Assembly: GCA_918797485.1 (NCBI GenBank)
Contig: CAKKNE010000004.1
Location: 682,001 to 746,000, forward strand
DNA: 64,000 bases
Source of the DNA: Pelagomonas calceolata
Taxonomy: Eukaryota
Direction: 5' to 3'
The position numbers and the translations under genes are program-made. The notes under the pieces are model-generated. The model had not been told where the DNA came from. It worked only from the letters and a program-made list of their open reading frames with translations, and did no database searches. Positions 12,614 through 23,917 of the stretch are shown here, one piece after another. Within the stretch, counting starts at the first letter, position 1. The number at the start of each line of letters is the position of its first letter.

Positions 12614-14911
12614 ATGCGCCTCTTGGCAATCCTCGCGGGCCTCGCGGCGGCCGCCGCGAAGCCGACTGCGAGGACGAAGCGGAAGCCCGGACTACTAATA
12701 GTGGGCCTCGGCGGCAACAACGGCGCGACCGTATTGGCGGGACTCCACGCTAATAACATGAAGCTGACCTGGGAGGGCGCCAAGAAAAAATGCACGGCGG
12801 ACTATACGGGCTGCATCACGCAGACGCGGGCCATGCGACGAAAAGGTCTGGCGCCCTTTAAACGCGCCGCGGTTGGCGGGTGGGATATCCGACCAACACC
12901 CATAGGCCAAGCGCTGCGCGAGGCGCGCATCCTGGACTTTGATCTCGTGAGGCAGCTGTCAGACACTTTAGATAGCGTCGAGGTCATGCCCGGGGTGTAT
13001 GATGCGCGTTTCGTCGGCGAGTCCCAACGGGCAACGGCGACGCATATCAAAAATCTCCCGGACGCTCGGAGTAAAGTAAACGCCTTGCGGGAAGACATTC
13101 GCGCGTTTAAAGCACACAACAGTGTGGACGGCCACTGTACCGTGATATATTCCGGAAGCGTGGAGGCGCCATCCTTGCTACCTTCATATGAGACCTCCGA
13201 AGAGCTCCTAGAAGCCCTCTCTTCTGAACAAGGAGACGACTTCGCTCCTTCGCTACTCTATGCCATCGCCGCGTGCCTCGAAGGCTGCTCGTTCGTCAAC
13301 GCCGCGTCGCAAGACACGGTCTGCCCTGGATTATGTGAGCTAGCTGAAAAAAATGGCGCCTACTGCCTCGGCACGGACTTCAAGGCCGGTCAAACAAAAT
13401 TCAAAACGCAAGTGGTCGAGTACTTGGAGAACCTCGCCTTCAACGTCAAGGTCGTGGCCTCGTCGAACCACCTGGGCAACAACGACATGCGCAACCTTGC
13501 CCTCGGTTCGGCTACTCAAGAAAAGACTAGAAAGGCGAAACTCCGGGTCAAGTCGCAGATCTTCAGCTCGGACATCGACCACCACGTCTCGGTGCAGTAT
13601 ACGCCATTTATCGGCGACGAGAAGCGCGACTACGTCGAGTACACGTCGGAAGCTTTTCTATCTCAATTACATACCATGGCGACGTACACGAGGTGTTCCG
13701 ATTCTGTTTTATGTGCGCCTTTGTATATCGACGTCTGTTGTCTGCTCGACTACTTCTCTCGTAAAAAAGTGTCTCCCTCAACAGTTGCGGCGGCGACGGC
13801 TTATCTCTTCAAGGTGCCCGAGGGTCGGGCTGGTCCACTCGTAGGCTTCTCGGAGCAGCTGCGGGCGCTGGAACGGGCATTGGACGGTCATGACGACGTC
13901 CAGGCGGTCATTCCACAAAAAAATGATGAGAAGCGTGTCGTCTGCTGCGGCCTCGCGTGTCTGGATATGGAGTTGTCTGGAGCGCAGGACTTGGGACGGG
14001 AAGCGATCAACGCGTTTGGCGAGGCGTCGTCGCGAGCGGGCGGCGCCGCGCCGCAGACCGCGTCCTGCCTCGCGGACCACGGCGTTCCTACGATCGTCGT
14101 CGCGGCGCTAGGTGACGACCAACAGGGCGACGAGTTGCGAGCTTTGTTGACCGAGCGCGGTATTAGTGTGGACGAGACTTTATCTGATGGGAGGACCGGC
14201 CTCGCTGTGGTCCCCGTGTTCGCAAATGGGCGGGGCTGCTACTTCGCGGCGGGCGCGAACGACGCCTTCGACGCCAGGACACTGTTAGATGGCGTGGCGC
14301 GGGTCGAATCGGTCGCGGCGGTCCTTATAGGTTATCCCCATTTGCTGCCTTCGCTACGAGGTCAGGCTTTAGGCGACGCCATCGAGCAAATAGATTCGAT
14401 TGTTGGTGTGGACCTGAATGGCGTGCAGCCGACGCACTACCTGGGCGACGGTGTTGTGGATGCCGCTCTCTACAAAGCTGACGTCGTCCACGCGAACGCG
14501 GACGAGGCCGCTACTTTGCTGAGGTGGCCTAAAGGGTACCACTGCACGCAGCTCGCGCGGGCTCTATGTGATGCGACCGGGGCGGCCTGTGTCGTGGTGA
14601 CGGATGGGTCAAACGGCGCGGCGGCGGCGGTGGCGTCGGATCCAAATCGTTTATCATCGTCGTCACTCAAGTGGCCCGCGAATGATCTAAAAGCGGTCGC
14701 GTCGCTGCCGGGGCCGCCCGGCGTGGCGCCAAACGCGAACGGCGCGGGCGACGCGTTCTTCGCCGCGTTCGTCGCGTCGACCGCGTTGCACGACGCGACG
14801 CTCGACGAGGCGCTCGCCGCCGCGAACGAAGCCGCGCATGCGCGCGTTTTTGATTCGGTGCGGCGGCCGCTTGACGAGGTGGTGGCTAGTTTGCGGAGTA
14901 ATACGACTTAG
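12614..14911 (+). CDS. INO1: Myo-inositol-1-phosphate synthase fused to a PfkB-family carbohydrate kinase, with N-terminal signal peptide
   Basis: MIPS motifs [44 protein letters not shown]-terminal PfkB motifs [15 protein letters not shown], ANx[18 protein letters not shown]; one uninterrupted ORF. Confidence 0.85.
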   Translation: MRLLAILAGLAAAAAKPTARTKRKPGLLIVGLGGNNGATVLAGLHANNMKLTWEGAKKKCTADYTGCITQTRAMRRKGLAPFKRAAVGGWDIRPTPIGQALREARILDFDLVRQLSDTLDSVEVMPGVYDARFVGESQRATATHIKNLPDARSKVNALREDIRAFKAHNSVDGHCTVIYSGSVEAPSLLPSYETSEELLEALSSEQGDDFAPSLLYAIAACLEGCSFVNAASQDTVCPGLCELAEKNGAYCLGTDFKAGQTKFKTQVVEYLENLAFNVKVVASSNHLGNNDMRNLALGSATQEKTRKAKLRVKSQIFSSDIDHHVSVQYTPFIGDEKRDYVEYTSEAFLSQLHTMATYTRCSDSVLCAPLYIDVCCLLDYFSRKKVSPSTVAAATAYLFKVPEGRAGPLVGFSEQLRALERALDGHDDVQAVIPQKNDEKRVVCCGLACLDMELSGAQDLGREAINAFGEASSRAGGAAPQTASCLADHGVPTIVVAALGDDQQGDELRALLTERGISVDETLSDGRTGLAVVPVFANGRGCYFAAGANDAFDARTLLDGVARVESVAAVLIGYPHLLPSLRGQALGDAIEQIDSIVGVDLNGVQPTHYLGDGVVDAALYKADVVHANADEAATLLRWPKGYHCTQLARALCDATGAACVVVTDGSNGAAAAVASDPNRLSSSSLKWPANDLKAVASLPGPPGVAPNANGAGDAFFAAFVASTALHDATLDEALAAANEAAHARVFDSVRRPLDEVVASLRSNTT

Positions 14912-15745
14912 GAGTAGACGCGGCGCTTCTGCTGGATCGCGACGCGGCAGACGGGGCACTCGCTCACGCGGAGGCCGCAGTTCCAGCAGGACCTGCGCGG
15001 AGTGAGTCTGTTCGATGGCGTTGGGCACCGGTGGTTGGTTTCCACGCGGGCCCGGACACGACGTGGAAGCAGGGCATGAAGACGACGTCCCTATTGCTCT
15101 CTAAGCACACCACACACTTCTGCTCGCCTTCGTTCTGGACGGCTCGGCGCGCTTTTTCCTCGGAAACCTGCGTCGTGCGGCCCGGTGGCGCTCAGCGCCG
15201 CTTCGACTCCATCGACGCGTTGTCTGGACGGACGCCGAGTCGCGTACCTTCGCCGTCGCCGCGGCGAGGGCGTCGCTCAGCTCGGCGAGTTTGGCCGAGT
15301 CGCACCGCGCCGGCGCTACATCAAGCTCGCGCAATTGCTCGACGAGCGGTCGGCCCGTCGCGGACCGCTGGCGCAACTCCGCGCGAGCTTCGGCGAGCGC
15401 CTCGCCCCGCGCGCCGGCGTCGACCTCGAGGCGGTCCGCGCGCCGCTCGGCGCGCTCAGCTCGTTCGCGCAATTCCGTAATTTGATTCGAGTCTTCCCCT
15501 GACGCGAGGCGCCCTCCAATCGCGTCCATCACGCCGCCGAAGAGGCCGCCGAGGCCGCCTTCCGCCTCGCCTCGCGTCCAGGCCGCGTTGCCGCCCTCCT
15601 TCCTCACGTTTATCGTCTTGACCTTCACGACGCGATTGCTGTTGTCGAGCCGCACGAAGACGCGCTCGCCCTCAAACCCTCCTACTTTCCCGCACTGGCC
15701 GTTGAGGGCCGGGTCGCCGCTCAGGCCGCGGAGTTGGACCCTCAT
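14908..15745 (-). CDS. Coiled-coil + C3HC4 RING-finger protein (3 exons: 15745-15248, 15167-15058, 14992-14908)
   Basis: Splicing two introns restores [36 protein letters not shown]. Confidence 0.8.
14993..15057 (-). mobile_element. Introner-derived intron (65 nt)
   Basis: Starts GTCCGGGC (degenerate TSD; downstream exon GTCCTGCT), then TIR-like CCGCGTGGAAACCAA; ends CGCGCAG; removal restores the RING motif. Confidence 0.75.
15168..15247 (-). other. GT-AG intron (80 nt) carrying the introner core motif
   Basis: GTACGC...GACGCAG; contains CGCGTCGATGG; removal restores the frame. Confidence 0.75.
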
Positions 15746-16178
15746 CGTTCAACCACTCGTCGAGGGCGTCTTTTGTGGCGTCGCGCGGCCCTGTATGAAT
15801 CTTTGTTACGTCGCGCGGCGCCGTATGACCCTTTGATTTGTCTCAGCTGGTGTGAAGAGTCAAGTCTCAAAATCTGAGATCTCCCTTCAGTGCCTTCACG
15901 TGAGGTCTAGTCAACCGTTACTCTGCGGTCCACTGTCAAGGTTGCGACGTGTGATAAGTTCCGCGCCCCCACGTCGGCCGCGCGTGGGCAAAGCGAGGGG
16001 CAAAGCGAGGGGCAAATCGACGGCTAGCGTCATGTAAGACACTAGAAAGCTCTCTGGTTTTTGCTGGTGTACGGCTGTGAGCACGTGACACTTGACGAGC
16101 GCGCGGTTGCGCAACGCATCGGTGCGGCACGTGCGGTGCGGCACGCGTGCGAATCTTTTGGTTAAGTGGCAGCTAGCA

Positions 16179-16779
16179 ATGCAACTCCTCACCACGCTCG
16201 TGTACATAGCGAGCGGGGCGGCGGCCGTCGAGCGCTGGTTCGATGTATGTCCCGAGTCGGATGCGGTCATTCACGCCTGGGCGCGCACGACCGTGAGGTT
16301 TGATGCCCCCTGCAAGACCGTGAAAAACGAGGTGCTCGCCCGCATCGCTGGCAAGAATGGGTGGGTGGACCCGCACAACGCCGGGACCTACGAACTGACG
16401 TCGTCCGTCGGCGACGTCGTCGCCGCCAGTGCATAAATCAAAGCCGTCGCGAAACCCGAATCACTGGTTGATTTACGCGCAGGTCGCGGCGGATCACGTG
16501 ACGGGCGACGGGAAATACACGGACAAGCTTCAGTTCATGTTCGAGAACGCCGACGGCGGCGACGACTGTGAGGTGTCGGGCTGCTCCGTGTCGCAGGTCA
16601 CGTCGGTCATCGACCGGAGCACGAACTACTGCAACCTCTACAATTTGTACTGCGGCGGGAACGTCGGCTGCCAGGTCGCGCAGACGGATCTTACCGCGAT
16701 CCCCCTCGACAAGAAGACGTCGCTGGGCGCCGGGAAGAACAAGTTCAAGTGCCGCAGCGGGAAGAAGCGTGAGCTGTAG
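16179..16779 (+). CDS. Secreted Cys-containing hypothetical protein, complete copy (exons 16179-16418, 16483-16779)
   Basis: Signal peptide MQLLTTLVYIASGAAA; in-frame join GDV|VAADH after removing 16419-16482. Confidence 0.75.
16419..16482 (+). mobile_element. Introner-derived intron (64 nt)
   Basis: TSD GTCGCCGC / GTCGCGGC; TIRs CAGTGCATAAATCAA / TTGATTTACGCGCAG. Confidence 0.85.
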
Positions 16780-17382
16780 TAGTTTTGTGTAATTTAAACT
16801 TAGTAAAGCGCCGCCACACCGGTCGGCGTCCGGTCCTCGACGGTCTGGACGCCGGACGGGTTCAGCCGGCAGATCGCGAGGTTCAGCACCGTCGCGTAGG
16901 AGAGCCACACCGCGTAGGGAATGAGGAGTCGGGCGTCCCTCTTGAAGGCCGACCAGACGGCCGCGAGGGACCCCAGCAGCCCAAATTGGAGCGCCGCCGC
17001 GAGTTTCAGTTTCTTGAGCCCGAAGAACAGCGGCGCCCACGCGAGGTTGGCAATGTAATGCCCGACGGCCAGCCCGGGCAGCGCGCTATTGACCGCGGCC
17101 CGGTATCCCGTGAGGCCGATGAGGCCGTACAGCACGGTCCAGACCGGCATGAAGACTTTGTTCGGCGGCGTCCACGACGGGAGTTTGAGCACGGTCGGGT
17201 CCGAGTACCAGCTGTTCGTCGCCTTGACGACGAAGGGCGTGCCCGCGGCGCCGCCCAGGATGGACCCGGCGACCCAGACCGGCGCCGGCGCTACTGCTGA
17301 AACGGCGGCGGCGCGCGGGGCGCGTTGCAACTGCGGCGCCTGCAGGGCGTGCGCCGCCGTCGCGAGGATGACAGCCTGTACA
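16460..17382. repeat. Segmental duplication, copy 1 (paired with ~25171-26264)
   Basis: Colinear, same-orientation, high-identity match covering the hypothetical gene's 3' exon, an identical intergenic spacer (TAGTAGTTTTGTGTAATTTAAACTTAG) and TspO. Confidence 0.9.
16800..17375 (-). pseudogene. TspO/MBR-family copy lacking its start codon (intronless paralog)
   Basis: WYSDPTVLKLPSWTPPNKVFMPVWTVLY and LLIPYAVWLSYA motifs intact, but no in-frame ATG (TGA just upstream); 5' end overlapped by the DEK-C gene. Confidence 0.6.
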
Positions 17383-18093
17383 GGGGTGCGGCGTCATCAG
17401 GTCGTCGTCCGGGGTCTTTTAAAAAGGCCGCGTACTCCGTCATGAAACTCTTGATCGCGGCCCTCTTGGGCTTGAGGGCGTCGCGCTTGAGGCCCAGAAT
17501 AACCTCGGCCTTTCTCTGGATGACCTTCTTCGTGGACGTGCCGTGGTCGGACTTACGGATGGCCTCGTAGACCGCCTCCAGCTGGTCGTCCGTGAGCTCG
17601 GACTCGTCGTCCTGGTCCGGCGGCGTGGGCTTCTTCTTCGCCGCGGGCTCCTGTGTGGAAATACACCGGTCGACGTCGCGTCGATGGCGTGAAGACGGAC
17701 GCCGGGCCATACCTCGTCCGGCGGCTGCTCGAGCTCTCTCTTCTTGGTGCTGCTCGGCGTGGCGGCGGGCTCGAGGCGCTTGGCGTCGCCGCTGTCGGGC
17801 TTGGGCGGCGGCGCCGGGCGGCGCGCCGCGGCGAGCTTGCGCCGCGGCGCGGGCGCGGGCGACGGCCGCATCGGCGTGTTGGGATGGACGTTCTCCTTGG
17901 AGCCCTCGACCTCGGCGGCGGCCTCGGCGAGGAGCGACTTGTACAACTTGTGGTGCGACGCCTTGGCGTCCTCGAGCGTCATGGGGTTCTTGATCCCCTT
18001 CAGGCGCTGGAACTCGGCGAGCTTGGCGCGCGCGAGCGCCGTCACGCGGTCGTCGGCGGCGCCGGCCGCGTTCGGCGCGGGCTGGAGCTCCAT
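17291..18093 (-). CDS. Protein with DEK C-terminal-like domain (intron 17651-17712, possible intron 17376-17435)
   Basis: LTDDQLEAVYEAIRKSDHGTSTKKVIQRKAEVILGL..LKPKRAAIKSFM resembles DEK_C; splicing joins PPDE|EPAAKKK. Confidence 0.6.
17651..17712 (-). mobile_element. Introner-related intron (62 nt)
   Basis: GTATGG...CACGCCATCGACGCGAC...ATTTCCACACAG (acceptor-side TIR retained). Confidence 0.75.
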
Positions 18094-19510
18094 GTTGCGG
18101 CGCGCAGCGCGGCGGCGGAGGTGACCGGCGCGGTACTTGCGGTACTGGGGAGGTGCGCCGAAGGCGACGAGGGCGCGCGGCGTGTGGCGGCGGCGCGGAT
18201 GTTGTTTTGTGGTCCTGGTAACGTTCTCGCGCGGCGCGGCCGAGAACGGGCGAGGAGGCGCGTTGCTCGCAGCGCTGGTGCGGCGAGGGCGGCGCCGCGT
18301 CAGCAACGCGCTGGCGCGGCGGCGGGCGTCGCGTGCGGCGCTCTGTCGGAGCTCAATTGCGAGACTGCTCAGGAGCAAACGATCTGATTGGCCCGCCGTC
18401 GGCCCTCTCCATCTGCCGCACGCACACGCCTCCTGCAATCGCACGAGTCCTCTGAGCCGCCATAAGTGCGACTCCCGACAATACCAGGCCGCTGCCACAT
18501 CCCACCACAGGTGTCGTAGTGGAGCTAGAGGGCGCTGTAGGGAAGCCGAAAGTCCCGCTACGAGTGCCTCACCGAGACCAGTTTTACTTTTTTCGAACGG
18601 AAAGTTGCCCTCATTGGACGACAAGTGGGACAAGTGGGGAGAGCAGCTCCTTTTGCAAGCAACAAGCTCGGCACCACTGCGTCCAGCAACGCCACGCGAC
18701 GGCGTGCTCAAAGCTGCGTCTCGTCCTACCTTCGGGGCTGCCGATTTGGCTTCGCGGGCCGCGGCGCTGACGAGCATAGCCAAGGCGAAGTGGGTGGTGC
18801 AGGCAGCCAAAACGGGGTGCGACGCGCGCGGCGACGGCGTCTGACGATCCACGACTTTCGATTTGGTCCGGCCTTGGCTTCTGCGAAGTAGATCTAGCGC
18901 ACGACGGCGTTGGAGCTGCCGACGGCGCGGGAGGCGTCGCAGAGGCGCGGATGTCACTAGTCGTCCGATTCTAATATTGGACGCGCAGCTGCCCACATTT
19001 ATTTGGACGGCGCCGTCCTTGATGAACTACTTCTGCGCCGGCGCGTGCCGTCTTCTTTGATTCCAGCAATCGTGCTTCTCAACGCACCTCCACAGAGTAT
19101 GCTGCGTGTCCAAGTAGCGTTTGACGCTCCGCCGCGGTTCGACGGCCTACTAACTCGTTATCGATGCCTCGGCACTGTCCACGAACGACGCCACCGGTTG
19201 GCAAGACGGACATCATGTAGAGGTTGGGTACGCCCGCGTTCTCAGCGATCAGCTGAGAGGCGGGCGACAGAGTTTATCAGAACGTGTGGACGGGCTGCAG
19301 TCCGTCAATCGACGTGTCGTTCTTCGCGACCGCCCCACGAGATTTGTGGACCGTCCTGGAACGATGCTTTCGTTGACACCCCCGCCACAGGGGCTTCGCC
19401 GTGTCACAGGCCCGCGATGCTGACGCCCTGTTCGACCATTGTGGCGAACGTTACACGTGCGCCGATATATCTTCGATGGGGCCGCGACCAATAGAGCGAC
19501 GTTCAAACGA

Positions 19511-19729
19511 GTCACGAGCTGTGTGGAAATCAACCAGTGCGTCGGGTGCACCCGACAATTCTTCACTAAGTCATTTCTCGGCGATGGCGCGACCGTCCTG
19601 GCTCGGTCGAGCGGTGAGGAACCAGCATCGCCACGCCATCGAGCAGGCGTCGCGTCGATGGCGTGGAGGACGACGCGACGATTCAGCACGAACGCGCCGT
19701 AAAATTTTGATTTCCACACAGGTCACGAG
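19511..19729. mobile_element. Full-length non-autonomous introner/MITE (203 bp, 19519-19721) with perfect TIRs and TSD
   Basis: GTCACGAG | CTGTGTGGAAATCAA ... TTGATTTCCACACAG | GTCACGAG. Confidence 0.95.
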
Positions 19730-19939
19730 TGCCCCCGGGCCGGGCCGAGTAAGTCGTGGGGCGTGAATAGTACTAATATTTTATGCGGGTTCTAGTTTGG
19801 GGACTCTCAGCTCGGGGAAGGGGGGTCCGCGGGGGGCACGCGGAGGAATGAGGGGACGGAGGGACGGGTACCGAGCATTGAGTGGAGGCAGGTGCTGCTC
19901 CTCCGTCCAGAAGCTGCCACGACGCCCGAGCGTGAACGG

Positions 19940-22900
19940 CTAGATGTGCTCCTCGTCCTCCTCGTCCTCGCCATCATCAGAAGTGGACTCCTCGTCATCG
20001 GCGCGACCCTTTCTGCGCTTCTTCGGCGCCTTAGTAGCAGACAACGGCGCCTTCTTCTCATTCGCCTCCTTCTCACGCTCCGCCTGCACCAGCCCCTCCC
20101 TAGAGTCCACTCTCGGCGACCCCGGCGCGCCCGGCTTCCGCGTCACCCCCGGCACGACATCCCCTTCCTTGGCCTCGGCGTCCTGCTCCAGTTCAGCCAA
20201 GAACTTCAATAACTTCTTCTCGTAGTGCGCATCCGTCGCAAAATCACTATAAGTCGGAATCAACGAAGAGTCCCAGGGCGCGAGCCGCGGCTCAGCAGCG
20301 ACGCCCATAGAATGATCATCGCCCAGCGGTGGCGTGGCGCCGGCCACGACCTCAAAGACCGTGCCGTCGTCCCCTTTCGTCTCTTCCTCCTCGGCGCCGA
20401 TCCGAACCAGCTTGTTCAGATTCACGAGCAAATCGGCAACGACACTGACTTCAGACGCCTCCAAAAATAAAGCGGGCGCCACTACCGAACAAGTACAAGG
20501 CCCATCATTTCCAAATGCTTCGAAGACACGCTGGTGGAGCGTCGGCGGCGTCGGCGGCGCCTGAACTACTGCTAGTACTCCATCCCAGGGCGGTGGCGTC
20601 GCTCCCGCGCGGACCGTGAAATTCACATGTTCGGTTTCACCGTCATACTCATCGAAGCCCTCGCGGTCTAGCCGCTCTTCGACTTCGAGCTCCTCGGCGA
20701 TTTGATAAATGAGTGACGCGTCCACACTCAAAGCCTCGGCTATACCGCCACAGGTTTCGAACTGGCTACCAAATAGTGTAAACACCTTCTGCTTCAGCGT
20801 CAATTTCAGGGATGGCGCGTAGTAGTCGGGAGCCATGCACCCGTTGCTATCCTTCCACTCGAAGTTATCCGTACTGTGCTTCTGGAGAGCCTCGGCCAAG
20901 TTCTTCTTGATGTCGTCTTTCTTGCCGCAAAAAGAGACTATCGAAGCATGATTGGGGCCCTTCGCTAAGCTACATATCGACGTGATCATCAGTCGTAGCG
21001 TCCGGAACTGCGGGTCGAACGTGTGCAGGTCTAGGAAGACCGTCGCCGCGTCGCGTCCATCTACATGAATCGCATCTAACAGGCGCTGCAGCTGCCCGGC
21101 CGTGCGCCGCGCATTTTTAATGCTGAAAGGCCGCTCATCATCTTCGGATTCTCGCGTGAATACGATGAGGAGGTCACACTTGCTAGCGTCGGCCGGCTTC
21201 TTCTTCGTAATACCCCGCGTCCAATCATGACCACCGTGCTTCACCATCCTTTCTAGCGAGGCTATATCATCTCGGGCCTTCAGCTCGACGTCGACGCTCT
21301 TACAGCGCAGCGCCTCCACCAAGCAACCGTCTACACCAGAGAGCACGACGTCCATGGGCTCGGCGTTTTGACCTACCTCCCTAATAGCCCGTGCACTCGC
21401 CGCGCGAACGCCAATGATGTGGACCGCCAGATCGAGCCAGCGCCGGTAGAGAATCTCGACGACTCTCAGGGAACAGCGCGTCCCGTCAGGAAGGAGTCGC
21501 GTCACGTGCCACTTTCCCTCCTCAGATGCGGCGCACCGGTACTGATCTAACAAAAAGTCCCAACAAATGATCTTCTCGTAGATTTCGCGGTTGTAGAGGC
21601 ACACCTGATCGAGCGCTTCCTTGCTTAACAGTAACGAGAGCGGCCACGCCCACAACCCGTCGCCGGTCACCGACAGCTCGTCCCACGCGCGGCCGTCGCG
21701 CGACACGAGCCGCACGTCGACGCCTTCGAGACCGAAGTCGCGCATGAAGCCCGGCGCACGTGCGTCCGGCGCGTACGTCGCACCGACGCGAGCCGACGAG
21801 AGCAGGTTCTCCTCGAGCTTCGTGAGCGTCACGAACGAGAGGTCGCCGGCCCCGAACGTCCCATCCTCGTTCAACTGGACACCACAATTCAACCGGAAGC
21901 CCTCGCCCTCGCGCGGCTCCTCCGCCACGCCCTCGTGCACATGGGCCCACCGCGCGCCCGTGTCGGGGCAAATGCCGCCCCGCTCCCGAATGATCGTCTC
22001 GCTGTGTTTGAGGAGGTTGCCACCACCTTTCTGCCGCCACGCGTCGTGCAGTAGCGACGACTTCGCGAGGTACACTCGCCGACCGAACGTCTCGATGTCG
22101 CGGACCAGCGGCACCTGGACCTTCTCGCCCGAGGCCTCGTCGCGCACCTCCGGCGAGCAGGCCCTGCCGCCAGTGACCGCCGCGCGCTTAATGTGCCCGC
22201 CCACGAGCGCGCCGACGGCGTGGCCGAGCCGGGATCCAGCAATTTCACGAACGAAAAGTAGGACGTCGTCGCTCCAGCCCAGAAACAGGTCGCACGTCCC
22301 ACCCGCGGGTAGTTGCACGATCTTATAGAGTTTGGTGGACGGATCCAACAGCTCTTCACCGACGAGGTCCAGGAGCTTGGCCTTGAGCTGCTCGAAGAAG
22401 CCGTTGACGACCTCGTCGCCGTCGAAGGGCAGCTTCGCTAACGTCAAAAACTGTTCGACCGTCACGTCCACGAATCGATCCACATTCAGCTCCTCGCCGA
22501 GCATGCCCAGTTCTTCTTTTGTCAACCGCCTTGGCGTACCATCGGCTTTGATCATCAGATGCTCGAAGTAACCAGCTTCTATCAGCGCCTCGAGCGTCTC
22601 CAAGTAGTGGAACTTCTCCGCTTCCTTTTTCGCCGTAACCTCCTTCGAGCTACCGTCCAACCTCACCTGGTCGACGACGTCTAGGTATTTAAGGGAAGAC
22701 GCCTCGCGATCGGCCGCGTCCATCTTGGCGAGCTCCGCTTTCGCTTTGGGGCAGGCTCGCGCCACGACATTTGCCGTAGTTTGTGTTGCGGAAATCCCTT
22801 GGATATTGTACGTCCCCTGGACGATGTCCACAATTTTGTGTTTATCGACGACTCCCTCGACCGTCTCGAGCGCGTCCTGGACCGCTTTGATGACCTCAGG

Positions 22901-23917
22901 GGTGTTTCCGAGGTCGAGCGGATCCTTCGCTTCCTCCGCAGCCCGCTTCGCCTGCCGCTCCTGCTCCGCTAAAGCGAGGCCCTCGGGCGTCCTGCTCCGG
23001 ATCTCCTCCTGCACAAATGGGGGGGGCGCTCCGCGTCTGCGCGGCCCAGGCCCATCTCCTACTACTTCGTCCCGGTAACGCTCGAACTCCGTCTGCGCAT
23101 TAGTCTCGTTATAGGGTTTGGTGTCGTCCCACGGGAACACCACTCTGTATCTTCCCCTTTTGTCACGTTGACCACACCAAGCCTTCACGCGATCCTCGAA
23201 CCAATCACCCACAAATCCTAGCTCCGTCTCCGCGAAGTCTTCTGGCGAGAGCCCAAAGTACCAAGAACCCGGCGGTTGACGGGCCTCGAGCTCCGCGACC
23301 GTCACCCTCTGCCCCCTCGGCATGCCGCCTCTGCGGCGCTCCGACAAGTGCAGCGTCGCCTCCTTCTCGATGCCGTAGTAGGAGAGCGTGTGGCAGTCCT
23401 CGAGGTCCTTGCCCGCGTAGCTCAGGCACTGCTGGTCGACCTGGATGTCCTCCTTGACGAAGACCATCATCTTGATGCTGTGGATCCAATCCGAAGGCTC
23501 CACGTCCAAGGTGATGGTCTTGCCCGTGGTGGTCTTGACGAAGATCTGCATCACGCCGTTCACGCCATCGACGCGACGTAACGACGTCTGCTTAACGGCG
23601 CCGTAGATGGCCTCCACGCCATCGACACCTTCGACGCCCTCCCAATCATCTATATTGAGATGTTCCCGTTCTTCGGCGCCTTCAGAAGACACAGAAGCAG
23701 AGGCAAGGTCGGGGATGTCGTCGTCGTCCAGGACCGACGTGTCGAGGACGCGCGGCGCAAGCCCGTTCGACGTCCGCGCCCCAAGCTCACGAAAAGCAAC
23801 CACCGTCGGCGCACCGTCGAAGCCGTCGCGGAGCTCCAAGGCCTCCATGAGCGCCTTTTCGCGCGTCTCGGCTCCGCTCCCATCATTTCCCGTGCGCTTC
23901 GAAGCAGAACAGCCCAT
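19940..23917 (-). CDS. Large ubiquitin-like-domain fusion protein of unknown function (~1325 aa from MGCSASK)
   Basis: Long open frame; 76-aa ubiquitin-like domain at 23551-23324 ending RRRGG, followed directly by Met; start codon uncertain. Confidence 0.7.
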   Translation of the reverse strand: MGCSASKRTGNDGSGAETREKALMEALELRDGFDGAPTVVAFRELGARTSNGLAPRVLDTSVLDDDDIPDLASASVSSEGAEEREHLNIDDWEGVEGVDGVEAIYGAVKQTSLRRVDGVNGVMQIFVKTTTGKTITLDVEPSDWIHSIKMMVFVKEDIQVDQQCLSYAGKDLEDCHTLSYYGIEKEATLHLSERRRGGMPRGQRVTVAELEARQPPGSWYFGLSPEDFAETELGFVGDWFEDRVKAWCGQRDKRGRYRVVFPWDDTKPYNETNAQTEFERYRDEVVGDGPGPRRRGAPPPFVQEEIRSRTPEGLALAEQERQAKRAAEEAKDPLDLGNTPEVIKAVQDALETVEGVVDKHKIVDIVQGTYNIQGISATQTTANVVARACPKAKAELAKMDAADREASSLKYLDVVDQVRLDGSSKEVTAKKEAEKFHYLETLEALIEAGYFEHLMIKADGTPRRLTKEELGMLGEELNVDRFVDVTVEQFLTLAKLPFDGDEVVNGFFEQLKAKLLDLVGEELLDPSTKLYKIVQLPAGGTCDLFLGWSDDVLLFVREIAGSRLGHAVGALVGGHIKRAAVTGGRACSPEVRDEASGEKVQVPLVRDIETFGRRVYLAKSSLLHDAWRQKGGGNLLKHSETIIRERGGICPDTGARWAHVHEGVAEEPREGEGFRLNCGVQLNEDGTFGAGDLSFVTLTKLEENLLSSARVGATYAPDARAPGFMRDFGLEGVDVRLVSRDGRAWDELSVTGDGLWAWPLSLLLSKEALDQVCLYNREIYEKIICWDFLLDQYRCAASEEGKWHVTRLLPDGTRCSLRVVEILYRRWLDLAVHIIGVRAASARAIREVGQNAEPMDVVLSGVDGCLVEALRCKSVDVELKARDDIASLERMVKHGGHDWTRGITKKKPADASKCDLLIVFTRESEDDERPFSIKNARRTAGQLQRLLDAIHVDGRDAATVFLDLHTFDPQFRTLRLMITSICSLAKGPNHASIVSFCGKKDDIKKNLAEALQKHSTDNFEWKDSNGCMAPDYYAPSLKLTLKQKVFTLFGSQFETCGGIAEALSVDASLIYQIAEELEVEERLDREGFDEYDGETEHVNFTVRAGATPPPWDGVLAVVQAPPTPPTLHQRVFEAFGNDGPCTCSVVAPALFLEASEVSVVADLLVNLNKLVRIGAEEEETKGDDGTVFEVVAGATPPLGDDHSMGVAAEPRLAPWDSSLIPTYSDFATDAHYEKKLLKFLAELEQDAEAKEGDVVPGVTRKPGAPGSPRVDSREGLVQAEREKEANEKKAPLSATKAPKKRRKGRADDEESTSDDGEDEEDEEHI

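Noticed and set aside
17440..18996. 518-aa ORF as one protein
   Set aside because: The upstream ~300 codons are low-complexity with a non-ATG start, and the 3' part reads through an intron; the real gene probably starts at 18093.
19249..19719. ORF with HAIDATPARWRGDAG...HWLISTQ peptide
   Set aside because: It is the translation of the non-coding introner; similar peptides recur wherever the element is read through.
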